64,000 nt of DNA from contig CAVZZO010000003.1 of assembly GCA_963779755.1 (NCBI GenBank), forward strand, positions 1,184,001 to 1,248,000. The letters are read 5' to 3'. The stretch's first letter is position 1; each line of letters begins with the position of its first letter. The translations under genes and the position numbers were made by a program. This document shows, piece after piece, positions 21,295 through 32,176 of this stretch. The notes below the pieces were generated by a model. The model saw only the letters and a list, made by a program, of their open reading frames with translations, did no database searches and was not told the origin of the DNA. This stretch comes from an uncultured Gemmatimonadales bacterium. Lineage in GTDB: Bacteria > Gemmatimonadota > Gemmatimonadetes > Gemmatimonadales > GWC2-71-9.

Positions 21295-21501
21295 CACCGC
21301 GAAGCCGCGAAGGGCGCCCGGAACTGAGGTTGCCCACTTCAGGCCATTGAGGATCGGGAGAATCTTCGCGGAACAGCATGAGGCTTGCGCTGGGGGTGCC
21401 CGAAACAGCTATTGTGCTCTCGCTGGCAGCTGGATGCCCTCTCGCGTGACATCAAAGCAGCAGTTCTTGGCGCCCTTCGCGCTCTTCGCGTCTTCGCGGT
21501 G
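21295..21501. repeat. ~205-bp element bounded by imperfect inverted repeats of CTTCGCG units
   Basis: CACCGCGAAGCCGCGAAGGGCGCC (21295-21318) pairs with GGCGCCCTTCGCG..CTTCGCG.CTTCGCGGTG (21469-21501). Confidence 0.7.
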
Positions 21502-21511
21502 AAATCTCCCG

Positions 21512-22546
21512 ATGCGTACTTCGGACTTCGACTACTCCCTTCCGCCGGAGCTGATCGCCCAGCACCCCGTGGCCCGCGGAGAGAGCCGGCTGCTGATCGT
21601 GCGGCCGGGCGGGGAGCCGGTGCTGGAGGATTCGGCCTTCGACCGCTTCCCCGAGCTCGTCGCGCCCGGCGATGTCCTCGTCATCAATACCACCCGGGTG
21701 CGTCATGCGCGGCTGCTCGGCGCCCGGCCGTCGGGCGCGCCGGCCGAGGTGCTGCTCATCCATCCCGCGCCCGGCGGCGCCTGGCTGGCACTGGGCAAAC
21801 CGGGCAGCGCGCTGCGCCCGGGCAAGCGCATCACCCTGGGGCCCGATGCCTGGATCGAAACCCTGGACGTGCTTCCCGACGGCAACCGGCTGGTCCGGTT
21901 CGGCGGCCTGCCGGCGGACGAGGCGATTGCCCGCTACGGCCGGCTGCCGCTGCCGCCCTATATCGACCGGGCGCCGACGCCGGCGGATGACGTCGCCTAC
22001 CAGACGGTCTACGCCGAGCGCGAGGGCAGCGTGGCCGCGCCCACGGCCGGCCTGCACTTCACCCCGGCTGTCCTTGCCGCGCTGGAGCGCCGGGGCGTGG
22101 CGGTCGCCCGGCTCGACCTCGAGGTGGGCCCCGGCACTTTCAAGCCGGTGGAGACGGAAAATATCGGGGAACACCCCATGCACCCCGAGCGCTTCACTCT
22201 TCCCGACCCGGCGGCGGAACAGATCGCGGCAGCGCGGGAACGGGGGGGAAATATCTGGGCGGTCGGCACCACCGTGGTGCGGGCGCTGGAGAGCGCGGGA
22301 CGGGAGGACGGCACGGTGGCCGCCGGATCGGCGGAGACGCGGCTGCTCATCGCGCCCGGCTATCGCTTCAGGGTAGTAGACCGGCTGCTCACCAATTTCC
22401 ACCTGCCCCGGTCGACGCTCCTCATGCTGGTCTCGGCATTCGCGGGCTACGAAACGACCATGGCCGCCTATCGCCACGCCGTGGCGCAGCGGTACCGCTT
22501 CTACAGTTACGGGGATGCCATGGCCATCGTGGCGCGGGGCAAATAA
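21512..22546 (+). CDS. queA: SAM:tRNA ribosyltransferase-isomerase QueA
   Basis: SDFDYSLPPELIAQHP, PLPPYI, GSVAAPTAGLHF, TNFHLP, YRFYSYGDAM. Confidence 0.97.
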   Translation: MRTSDFDYSLPPELIAQHPVARGESRLLIVRPGGEPVLEDSAFDRFPELVAPGDVLVINTTRVRHARLLGARPSGAPAEVLLIHPAPGGAWLALGKPGSALRPGKRITLGPDAWIETLDVLPDGNRLVRFGGLPADEAIARYGRLPLPPYIDRAPTPADDVAYQTVYAEREGSVAAPTAGLHFTPAVLAALERRGVAVARLDLEVGPGTFKPVETENIGEHPMHPERFTLPDPAAEQIAAARERGGNIWAVGTTVVRALESAGREDGTVAAGSAETRLLIAPGYRFRVVDRLLTNFHLPRSTLLMLVSAFAGYETTMAAYRHAVAQRYRFYSYGDAMAIVARGK

Positions 22547-22551
22547 ACCGG

Positions 22552-24068
<1,517 letters not shown>

Positions 24069-24072
<4 letters not shown>

Positions 24073-24605
24073 GTCTGCTGTCGCTGCACCTGCTGGGTTC
24101 GCCGGTGCTGCGCCAGCGCTGCGCCGAGGTGGAGACCGTCGACGACGGCATCCGCCAGTTCGTGGACGACCTGTTCGAGACCATGCACGCGGCCAAGGGC
24201 GTGGGGCTGGCCGCCAATCAGGTCGGCGACACCCGCCGGGTCGCCGTGGTGGAAGCGGAAGAGCAGCGCCTGGTCCTGATCAACCCCCGGGTGATCGCCT
24301 CCGAAGGCAGCGACACGGCCGAAGAGGGCTGCCTCTCGGTCCCCGATGTGTACGTCGACGTGAGCCGACCCGCCCGTATCACGCTGGAGGCTACCGGCCT
24401 CGACGGGCAGCGCTACCGGCGCGAGCTGGAGGGGCTGCCCGCGCGCGCGGTCCAGCACGAGATCGACCATCTGGACGGCGTTCTCTTCCTCGACCACGCC
24501 GGCCCCATGCGCCGGAAGATGCTGCTGGCCCGCTACCGCAAGGATCACAAGGACGACAAGAGCTATATCCGGGAGGTCCGGCCAAGCCCCGCCGGATCGG
24601 CCTGA
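24069..24605 (+). CDS. def: Peptide deformylase
   Basis: GVGLAANQ, EGCLS, QHEIDHLDG. Confidence 0.97.
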
Positions 24606-25537
24606 TGCGGGTGGTGTTTTTCGGCACGCCGGAGTTCGCGGTGCCGTCCCTGAAGGCCCTCCTCACCGCAGGATTCGACGTCGCCGGTGTGGTCACCCAG
24701 CCCGATCGCCCCCGCGGCCGTTCCCGCAGCCGGCTCGTCGCCTCCCCCGTCAAGCTCATGGCCGAAGACCTCGGCATCCCGGTGCTGCAGCCGGCGCGGC
24801 CGGTCGGCGACGTGTTCCTCCAGGCCCTGCGGCGCACCGGGGCGGAGCTCGGCGTGGTCGCCGCGTATGGCCACCTCCTGCGGCCCGAAGTGCTGCAGAC
24901 CCCCCCGCGCGGACTGCTCAACGTCCATGCCTCGCTGCTGCCGCGGCTGCGGGGCGCGGCGCCGGTGCCCTGGGCCATCCTGAACGGCGACCAGCACACC
25001 GGCGTCAGCATCATGCAGATGGACGCGGGCCTCGACAGCGGGCCGGTCATCCACCAGGTCCGGGTACCCATCGAGCCCGGCGATACCGGCGGCGAGCTGC
25101 TTCGCCGGGTCGCGCAGGCGGGCGGCACCGCCCTGGTGGAGGGCATCCGCGGCTGGCTCGCGGGCGACCTGGTGCCGGTGCCGCAGGACGAGAGTCAGGC
25201 CACCTGGGCCCCCAAGATCAACCGGGAGACCTGCCGCATTCTCTGGAATGAGCCGGCCGCCGTCAGCGCGCGGCGCGTCCGGGCGTTCGATCCCGAACCG
25301 GGCGCCTGGGCCCTGCTGGGAGACGCGGAGGTGAAGCTCTTCGGCGCCACCGTCCGCGACGGGGTATCGGAGCAGGCGCCGCCGGGCACGGTGCTGCGCA
25401 CCGGCGAGCGGCTGCTCCTGGCGACCGGCGAGGGATCGCTGCTGGTGCGCGAGGTGCAGCCGGCGGGGAAACGGCGGATGAGCGCCGCCGACTGGTCGCG
25501 CGGGCGGGGCGTAGAGGCGGGTGAGCGCTTCGCGTGA
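24605..25537 (+). CDS. fmt: Methionyl-tRNA formyltransferase
   Basis: FFGTPEFA, VTQPDRP, NVHASLLP, GLDSG. Confidence 0.97.
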   Translation: MRVVFFGTPEFAVPSLKALLTAGFDVAGVVTQPDRPRGRSRSRLVASPVKLMAEDLGIPVLQPARPVGDVFLQALRRTGAELGVVAAYGHLLRPEVLQTPPRGLLNVHASLLPRLRGAAPVPWAILNGDQHTGVSIMQMDAGLDSGPVIHQVRVPIEPGDTGGELLRRVAQAGGTALVEGIRGWLAGDLVPVPQDESQATWAPKINRETCRILWNEPAAVSARRVRAFDPEPGAWALLGDAEVKLFGATVRDGVSEQAPPGTVLRTGERLLLATGEGSLLVREVQPAGKRRMSAADWSRGRGVEAGERFA

Positions 25538-26169
25538 GGCCTCTGCCCCGGCTGCATGCCATCACCGACCGCCGAGTCATCGCCCGCGACGATCTGGGAG
25601 TCCGGGCAGCGGCGATCGCCGCCGCCGGGCCCGCCGTGGCGCTCCACGCGCGGGCGCCCGGTGCCGGCGCGCGTACCGTCACCGGGCTGGCGCAGCGGCT
25701 GTTGGCCCTGGCACGGCCGCCTGAAGCGGCGGTACTGGTGAACGGCCATCCCGACATCGCCCGGGCGCTGCACGCGGCGGGAGTGCACCTCGCCGCCACC
25801 GACCTGGCCCCCGGCGATGCCCGCCGGGTGCTGGGCGAGGGATGGGTAGGGCAGTCGGTGCACAGCCTCGAGCAGGCGGCCGCGGCGGCGGAGGCCGGCG
25901 CCGACTACCTCATGCTGGGGAATATCTTCCCCACCACCTCCCATCCCGGCAGGCTGCCGCTGGGCCTCGACGCGCTGGGCGCCTGCGCCCGTCTGGGGCC
26001 GCCGGTAATCGCCATCGGCGGCATCACCGCGGAACGGGCGGCCGCGGTGCGCGACGCCGGCGCCTGGGGCCTGGCCGCCGTCTCGGCCCTGTGGGATGCG
26101 GCCGATCCGGCCGCGGCGGCCCTGGCCCTGCTCGAGCCCTGGAATGTCCCGATGGAGAACGCACCGTGA
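25534..26169 (+). CDS. thiE: Thiamine phosphate synthase family protein (ThiE/TenI)
   Basis: GVHL, GQSVHS, GADYLMLGNIFPTTSH, VIAIGGI; next to thiS-thiG. Confidence 0.8.
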   Translation: MRPLPRLHAITDRRVIARDDLGVRAAAIAAAGPAVALHARAPGAGARTVTGLAQRLLALARPPEAAVLVNGHPDIARALHAAGVHLAATDLAPGDARRVLGEGWVGQSVHSLEQAAAAAEAGADYLMLGNIFPTTSHPGRLPLGLDALGACARLGPPVIAIGGITAERAAAVRDAGAWGLAAVSALWDAADPAAAALALLEPWNVPMENAP

Positions 26170-26375
26170 GCGAGGCGACCATAACCGTGAACGGCACCGC
26201 CCGGCCGCTACCCCGGCCGGCGACCCTGGAGGCACTGCTGCGCGGCCTCGAGCTCGACCCCCGCATGGTGGTCGTCGAACTCAACCGGGAGATCATCCGG
26301 CGCCCGCGCCTGGCGGAGACCTCGCTGGCCGCCGGCGACCAGGTGGAGATCGTACATTTCGTGGGCGGGGGATGA
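26166..26375 (+). CDS. thiS: Sulfur carrier protein ThiS
   Basis: ITVNG, VVVELNREII, EIVHFVGGG C-terminus. Confidence 0.95.
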   Translation: MSEATITVNGTARPLPRPATLEALLRGLELDPRMVVVELNREIIRRPRLAETSLAAGDQVEIVHFVGGG

Positions 26376-26507
26376 GAAGAGAGAGACGAGAAAAGAGAAA
26401 AGGGCTGAGGGCTGAGGACTGAGGACTGCGGATCGAGCGCGAAGCTGCACCGGGGCGGCACAAGGTCAGACCGCCCGACCGCCCGACCGACTGACCGACT
26501 GACCGCC
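26376..26507. repeat. Mixed 7-mer (GAGAAAA, GGACTGA) and 8-mer (GACCGCCC/GACCGACT) arrays
   Basis: Read directly in the thiS-thiG spacer. Confidence 0.75.
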
Positions 26508-26517
26508 GGAGAAGACC

Positions 26518-27324
26518 ATGACTGGCACACTGACGCATACCGGTACCGCCATCGACACCCCGCTCACCATCGGCGGGCGCACCTTCACCTCCCGCCTGCT
26601 GGCCGGCACCGGAAAGTACCGCAGCAACGGGGAGATGGTCCGCGCGCTCGACGCTTCCGGTGCGGAGATCGTCACCGTCGCCGTACGCCGGGTGGACCTG
26701 GACCGGACCAGAGAAGAGGGGATGCTGTACCACCTCGATCCGGACCGGTACTTCCTGCTGGCCAATACCGCCGGCTGCTATAATGCCGACGAAGCCATCC
26801 GCTACGCCCGGCTGGCGCGCGAGGCCGGCTTCAACGAGTTCGTCAAGCTCGAGGTGATCGGCGACCAGGACACGCTCCTGCCCGATGTCGCCGGCCTGCT
26901 CGAAGCGGCGCGGGTGCTGGCGAAAGAGGGATTCCAGGTCATGGCCTACACCAACGACGACCTGATCACCGCCCTGCGGCTGGAGGACGCCGGCTGTGCC
27001 GCGGTCATGCCGCTGGCCTCGCCCATCGGCAGTGGGCTGGGCCTGCTCAATCCCTACAGCATCCGCACGCTGAAGCAGCGCCTCACGGTACCGGTCATCG
27101 TGGATGCCGGCGTGGGCACCGCCTCCGATGCCTGCGTCACCATGGAGCAGGGCGTCGACGGCATCCTGATGAATACCGCGCTGGCCCAGGCGGAGCGGCC
27201 CGAGCTGATGGCCGAGGCGATGCGCGCGGCGGTGCGGGCGGGACGGCTGGCCTGGCTGGCGGGCCGGATGCCGCGGCGCGAAATCGCGGTGCCGTCGAGC
27301 CCCGGCAAAGGCATGCTGGCCTGA
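26518..27324 (+). CDS. thiG: Thiazole synthase ThiG
   Basis: SRLLAGTGKY, NTAGC, VKLEVIGD, MPLASPIGSG, DAGVG. Confidence 0.97.
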   Translation: MTGTLTHTGTAIDTPLTIGGRTFTSRLLAGTGKYRSNGEMVRALDASGAEIVTVAVRRVDLDRTREEGMLYHLDPDRYFLLANTAGCYNADEAIRYARLAREAGFNEFVKLEVIGDQDTLLPDVAGLLEAARVLAKEGFQVMAYTNDDLITALRLEDAGCAAVMPLASPIGSGLGLLNPYSIRTLKQRLTVPVIVDAGVGTASDACVTMEQGVDGILMNTALAQAERPELMAEAMRAAVRAGRLAWLAGRMPRREIAVPSSPGKGMLA

Positions 27325-28640
27325 GCCGGAAAGCGGCGGCCCCGGAGCACGGAGGCGCGACGGCCGCGCGCCGGGCCGCCCTGCGGATACTCCAGGCGGT
27401 TCAGCACGGTACGCCCTTCGCCGAAGGCCGTGACGCCGCCGTGGCCGCGCTGGAGGAGCGCGACCGCCACCTGGCGCACGAGCTTGCCGCGGGCGTGCTC
27501 CGTCATCGCAGCGAGCTCGATGCCCGGCTGGCGCCGCTCATCACACGGGGCTGGGAAGGCGTCCCCGGCCCGCTGCGCGACGTCCTCCGACTCGGCGCCT
27601 ACCAGCTCACCCACCTCGAGCGGGTACCGGTCCACGCCGCCGTGAACACCGCCGTGGACCTGGCCCACGAGACGGGCGGAGCCCGGGCCGCGGGGTTCGT
27701 GAACGCCGTGCTCCGCCGCCTGGGGCCGGGCCGCCCTGAACCGGCGGCCGACCGGCCGCTGTGGGAGCGCCTCTCCCATCCGCGCTGGCTGGTGGAGCGG
27801 TGGATCGAACGCTACGGCGAGCCGGAGACCACGACGCTGCTGCAGTGGAACAACGGCCATCCGCCCCTCGTGGTGCAACCCGCCCGGGCCGGGCGCGAAG
27901 CACTGGAACGGCTCTGGTCCGCCGAGGGCATCGAGTTCCACCCGGCGCCGGCGGACGCGGGATTGGTGGTCGAGGGCGGGCGGCCCGACCAGCTGCCCGG
28001 ATATGCGGAGGGGCTCTTCTTCGTGCAGGACCCGGCCCAGGCCCTGGTAGTGCGGTTTGCCGGCCTGCCCGCGGGGGCACTGCTCTACGACGCAGCCGCC
28101 GCGCCGGGAGGCAAGACGCTGGCGCTGAGCCGGGACGGCGCGCAGGTGGCGGCGGCCGACCGCACCCGTGCCCGCGTGGCCAGCCTGCGGCGCAACCTGG
28201 CCCGCGCCGGCACGGGCCGGGAATGGCCCCTGGTGGCCGATGCCGTGAGCCCGCCCATCCGGCCGGTCGATGCGGTGCTGCTGGACGCGCCCTGTCTGGG
28301 AACCGGCACCTTCGCCCGGCACCCCGATGCCCGCTGGCGGGTCACGCCCGGAAGCCTGCGGCACCTGGCCGCCCGCCAGGGCGTGCTGCTGGAAGCGCTG
28401 GCGGAGCGGGTACGCCCGGGAGGGTTGTTACTTTACGCCACGTGCTCGCTGGAGCCTGAGGAGAACGAGTGGCAGATCGAGACATTCCTGAGTCGTCATC
28501 CGGAGTTCCGCCGGGAGCCCGGCGGAACGATGCCCCCGGGGCTGCTGAGCCCGGAGGGCGATCTCCGGATTCTCCCCCAGCGCGACCATATGGATGGCGC
28601 GTTCGCGTCCCGGCTGAAGAAAACCGCGGACCGGGCATAA
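27321..28640 (+). CDS. rsmB: 16S rRNA m5C methyltransferase RsmB/Sun (start inferred at CTG 27321; first canonical start GTG 27441)
   Basis: NusB-like N-domain (LRLGAYQL, GFVNAVLR), SHPRWL, VQD, AAPGGKT, LLDAPC, YATCS. Confidence 0.9.
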   Translation: MSRKAAAPEHGGATAARRAALRILQAVQHGTPFAEGRDAAVAALEERDRHLAHELAAGVLRHRSELDARLAPLITRGWEGVPGPLRDVLRLGAYQLTHLERVPVHAAVNTAVDLAHETGGARAAGFVNAVLRRLGPGRPEPAADRPLWERLSHPRWLVERWIERYGEPETTTLLQWNNGHPPLVVQPARAGREALERLWSAEGIEFHPAPADAGLVVEGGRPDQLPGYAEGLFFVQDPAQALVVRFAGLPAGALLYDAAAAPGGKTLALSRDGAQVAAADRTRARVASLRRNLARAGTGREWPLVADAVSPPIRPVDAVLLDAPCLGTGTFARHPDARWRVTPGSLRHLAARQGVLLEALAERVRPGGLLLYATCSLEPEENEWQIETFLSRHPEFRREPGGTMPPGLLSPEGDLRILPQRDHMDGAFASRLKKTADRA

Positions 28641-29404
28641 CGACGCGGCCCGCCCGCGGCACCGACCCAGCACCGGCTCGCTGGTGGACCAGGGCGCGGC
28701 TGCTTCGGGCGTTTCTCATCGTCCTGGGCGCCGGGCTGGCGGGTTACCTGGTTGCCGTCTTCGTACTCTATCCCGCCCCCATCTTCACGGAAGACCACGC
28801 CCTGGCCCGGGTGATCGATCTGCCGCTCAAGGAAGCCCGGCAGCAACTTACCGATGCGGGCTTCCGGATCCGCATGGTTCCCGAGGAAACCGATCCGCGG
28901 GTGCCGCGGGGCCGGATACTCTGGCAGCAGCCCGCCCCCGGCACCACCCTGCCCGCGGGGGCCACCGTGGAGCTGACTCCCAGCGCCGGCCCCGCCGACG
29001 TTCCGGTGCCCAACGTGGTGGGCTTCGATGCGGAAGAAGCGGGCAAGGTGATCCAGGCGGGCAATCTCGCGCTGGGGCCGGACGACTCGGTACGCTCGCC
29101 CAACGAAGCCGGCGTCGTGCTGGCGACCCGGCCCGGAGCCGGCGTGGCCCGGACGCCCGGCACCGGGATTTCCCTGGTCCTGAGCGCCGGGCCGGCGCCG
29201 AGCACGGTACCGCAGCTGACCGGATTGCCGCTGGCAGATGCCCGCAAACTGCTGCAACGGGCCGGCCTCGCGGTGGGGTCCGTCAGCGCGCGGGCCGGGT
29301 ACGGCCAGCCGGGCACGGTCATGGACCAGACGCCGGCGGGGGGACAGGAAGCCCGGCGCAATGCTCGCGTCAATCTCGTCGTCTCCTCCCGGGAGTCCCC
29401 ATGA
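28637..29404 (+). CDS. Membrane-anchored PASTA-domain protein (about 3 PASTA repeats); start uncertain
   Basis: One TM helix then VIDLPLKEA, VPNVVGFDAEEA, VPQLTGLPLADA repeats. Confidence 0.85.
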   Translation: MTTRPARGTDPAPARWWTRARLLRAFLIVLGAGLAGYLVAVFVLYPAPIFTEDHALARVIDLPLKEARQQLTDAGFRIRMVPEETDPRVPRGRILWQQPAPGTTLPAGATVELTPSAGPADVPVPNVVGFDAEEAGKVIQAGNLALGPDDSVRSPNEAGVVLATRPGAGVARTPGTGISLVLSAGPAPSTVPQLTGLPLADARKLLQRAGLAVGSVSARAGYGQPGTVMDQTPAGGQEARRNARVNLVVSSRESP

Positions 29405-30066
29405 AGCCACGCATCGCTCCCAGCATTCTGAGCGCCGATCTGGGCCGCCTGCGGGAAGAGGTTGCGGCCGCGCTCGAGGGCGGCGCCGAATGGATTCACG
29501 TGGACGTCATGGACGGCGCCTTCGTGCCTAACCTCACCTTCGGGGCCCCGGTGATCCGCGCGCTCCGGCGCATGACCGATGTCCCCCTGGATGTGCACCT
29601 GATGGTGGAGCGGCCGGAGCGCTATATCGAGCCCTTCGCCGACGCCGGCGCCACCGGCTTCACCTTCCACCCGGAAGCGACCATACACGTCCAGCGGCAG
29701 CTCACCGCGGTGCGGGAACACGGGATGCGGGCCGGCCTGGCGATCAACCCGGGCACGCCGCTCACCTGGGCGGAGGAGGTGGTGGCCGACCTCGACCTGC
29801 TGCTGGTCATGTCGGTGAACCCGGGATTCGGCGGCCAGACGTATATCCCCGCCGCCTCCGACAAGCTGCGGCGTGCCCGGCTGCTGCTGGAGCGCCACGG
29901 CTCGGCGGCGACGCTGGAGGTGGACGGGGGCATCACCACGGAAACCATCGGGACCGCCTGGCAGGCCGGCGCGGACACCTTCGTGGCGGGGACGGCCGTC
30001 TTCGGCGACGGCGACCCGGCGGCGGCGGTCCGGCGGCTGCTCCGGGAGTGCACTACGCTGGTGTAG
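29401..30066 (+). CDS. rpe: Ribulose-phosphate 3-epimerase
   Basis: IAPSILSAD, HVDVMDGAFVPN, MSVNPGFGGQ, EVDGG. Confidence 0.97.
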   Translation: MKPRIAPSILSADLGRLREEVAAALEGGAEWIHVDVMDGAFVPNLTFGAPVIRALRRMTDVPLDVHLMVERPERYIEPFADAGATGFTFHPEATIHVQRQLTAVREHGMRAGLAINPGTPLTWAEEVVADLDLLLVMSVNPGFGGQTYIPAASDKLRRARLLLERHGSAATLEVDGGITTETIGTAWQAGADTFVAGTAVFGDGDPAAAVRRLLRECTTLV

Positions 30067-30090
30067 CGGCGACAGATTAGGTTTCCGCCT

Positions 30091-30176
30091 GACCCTCTCG
30101 ACTCCCTCGGCGCTCTCGAGCTGCTGAAAAGGTCCGGCGGCCGAAGGGGTCGAGAGAGTCGAGAAGGTCGGGAAGT
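30091..30176. repeat. Inverted nonamer arrays (CCCTCGACY / RGTCGAGRR family)
   Basis: Same unit as 37147-37219 and 42832-42910. Confidence 0.7.
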
Positions 30177-30210
30177 CTGTGAAGCACCCCTACGCCAGAG
30201 CACTTACAGA

Positions 30211-30828
30211 ATGTCTCGTCAGTGGATAGTTGTCATCCTGATCGTCGGAGGGCTGATCCTCGGAGCGACGGCCGTGGTGCGGTTTACCCGGAGCGCCGAG
30301 GTCGTCGGAGTGGGAGCGGAAGCGCCGGACTATCCCGTGGTGAACGTGCGCACGGGCGACTCCCTCACCCTGCACGACTACCAGGGTTCCGTCACCCTGA
30401 TCAACATCTGGGCGACCTGGTGCGCCCCCTGCCGGGTGGAGATGCCCGCCATGCAGCGCGCCTACCGCGATCTCCAGGGCCGGGGCTTCCGCATCGCGGC
30501 CGTCAGCATCGACCAGTCGGCCCCGGAAGACGTCCGCCGCTTCGCCGACAGTCTCGGGCTGTCTTTCGATATTTTGCAGGACCGTACCACCGAGATCCAG
30601 GAGACCTACCAGACCACCGGCGTGCCGGAGAGCTACCTGCTCAACCAGCAGGGCGTGATCGTCAAACGGGTGATCGGCGCCTACGACTGGGACTCCGAGA
30701 TGAACCGCCGGCTCATCGAGCGCCTGCTGGACGACGCCGGCGCCCCGCCCGCCCCCGCCACCCCGGACTCGGTTGCCCCCGGCAAGGACTCCAGCCGAAC
30801 CGTGCCGCTGGGCGCCGGGAGCCGATGA
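30211..30828 (+). CDS. TlpA/ResA-like thiol-disulfide oxidoreductase
   Basis: N-terminal TM, NIWATWCAPCRVEMP, GVPESY. Confidence 0.92.
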   Translation: MSRQWIVVILIVGGLILGATAVVRFTRSAEVVGVGAEAPDYPVVNVRTGDSLTLHDYQGSVTLINIWATWCAPCRVEMPAMQRAYRDLQGRGFRIAAVSIDQSAPEDVRRFADSLGLSFDILQDRTTEIQETYQTTGVPESYLLNQQGVIVKRVIGAYDWDSEMNRRLIERLLDDAGAPPAPATPDSVAPGKDSSRTVPLGAGSR

Positions 30829-31052
30829 ATCCGCAGAAGGGTCGACCCACGGCTTACACCGCTTGTACAGAATTCTCCTGGCCCACTCGGCGGGGGACCG
30901 CGGGACGGCTTCCTTCTGTTGCTTCCCCCCCGTCCCGGTGTCCAACGGGGTAATCGTGGTTGGCCCGATTTACGAGCCAAATCAGTGAATCCATGTAATC
31001 TGTGGATCCATGTCGTTGTTTTCTTCCCCCAATCTGTGAGCCCGTAGAATCT

Positions 31053-32096
31053 GTGGACCGGGTCCTCGCCATCGAGACCTCCTGCGACGAAACCTCCGCC
31101 GCCGTGCTGGATCTGCGCGGCGAGCGGCCTTCGCTCCAGAGCCTGGTCATCCTGTCCCAGGACATACACGCCGTCTTCGGCGGGGTGGTGCCCGAGCTGG
31201 CCAGCCGCGCCCACCTGCGCACCATGACCGGCGTGGTCGATCGCGCCCTGGAGCAGGCCGGACTGGGCGCGGATGCGGTGGATGCGGTGGCGGTCACCGC
31301 CGGCCCGGGCCTGGTGGGAGCGCTGCTGGTGGGCGTGATGTACGGGAAGGCCCTCGCCTGGAGCCGGCAGGTTCCGCTGCTCGGCGTGCACCACCTGGAA
31401 GGGCATCTCTTCGCGCCCACCCTGGAGGACCCCGCCTTCGCCCCGCCCTTCGTGGGGCTGCTGGTGAGCGGCGGCCATACCATGCTGCTCGATGTACCGG
31501 CCTGGGGCCGCTACCGGCTGCTGGGCGGCACCCGCGACGACGCGGCCGGCGAGGCGTTCGACAAGGTGGCGACGCTCCTGGGCCTGGGCTATCCCGGCGG
31601 CCCGCCCATCGAACGCGCCGCCGCCGGCGGCGATCCCGCGCGGTATCGCTTCCCCCGGCCCATGCTCGGAGAACTTGAGCGCGACGGGCCGGGGCGCTAC
31701 GACTTTTCCTTCAGCGGGCTCAAGACGGCGGTACTCCGGGCCGTGCGGCAGAGCGACAACGTGGAGCGCGACCGCGCCGACCTGGCCCGCGGCTTTCAGG
31801 ACGCGGTGCTCGATGTGCTGGTGGAGAAGACCGCCCGCGCCACCGAAGAACTGGGCTACCCCGCTGCCATGATCGGCGGCGGCGTGGCCTGCAACCGCAC
31901 CCTCGTCGCACGGCTGCGTGAACGGCTGCCCTCATCCATCCGCGTGGTCGCCGCCTCGCCGCGCCTCAACACCGATAATGCGGCCATGATCGGCGCCGCC
32001 GGTGCCTGGCGGCTGGCCCAGGGGGAGCGCAGCGGCTGGGACCTCGAGCCCCGGCCGGACCTGACGTTTCCGGGACTGAGAAGGACTGAGGACTGA
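31053..32096 (+). CDS. tsaD: tRNA threonylcarbamoyltransferase TsaD
   Basis: AIETSCDET, GGVVPELASRAH, HHLEGH, DDAAGEAFDK, FSFSGLKT, TDNAAMI. Confidence 0.97.
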   Translation: MDRVLAIETSCDETSAAVLDLRGERPSLQSLVILSQDIHAVFGGVVPELASRAHLRTMTGVVDRALEQAGLGADAVDAVAVTAGPGLVGALLVGVMYGKALAWSRQVPLLGVHHLEGHLFAPTLEDPAFAPPFVGLLVSGGHTMLLDVPAWGRYRLLGGTRDDAAGEAFDKVATLLGLGYPGGPPIERAAAGGDPARYRFPRPMLGELERDGPGRYDFSFSGLKTAVLRAVRQSDNVERDRADLARGFQDAVLDVLVEKTARATEELGYPAAMIGGGVACNRTLVARLRERLPSSIRVVAASPRLNTDNAAMIGAAGAWRLAQGERSGWDLEPRPDLTFPGLRRTED

Positions 32097-32131
32097 GGAG
32101 GCAAGCCTGCCGTCCTGCCGTCCTGCCGTCC
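32072..32131. repeat. GGACTGA heptamers and CTGCCGTC octamers x3
   Basis: Read directly at the tsaD-lgt junction. Confidence 0.75.
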
Positions 32132-32176
32132 CTGGATTACTTTGCCACCTACTGATTCCTGAGAGTACAGCAGAAC

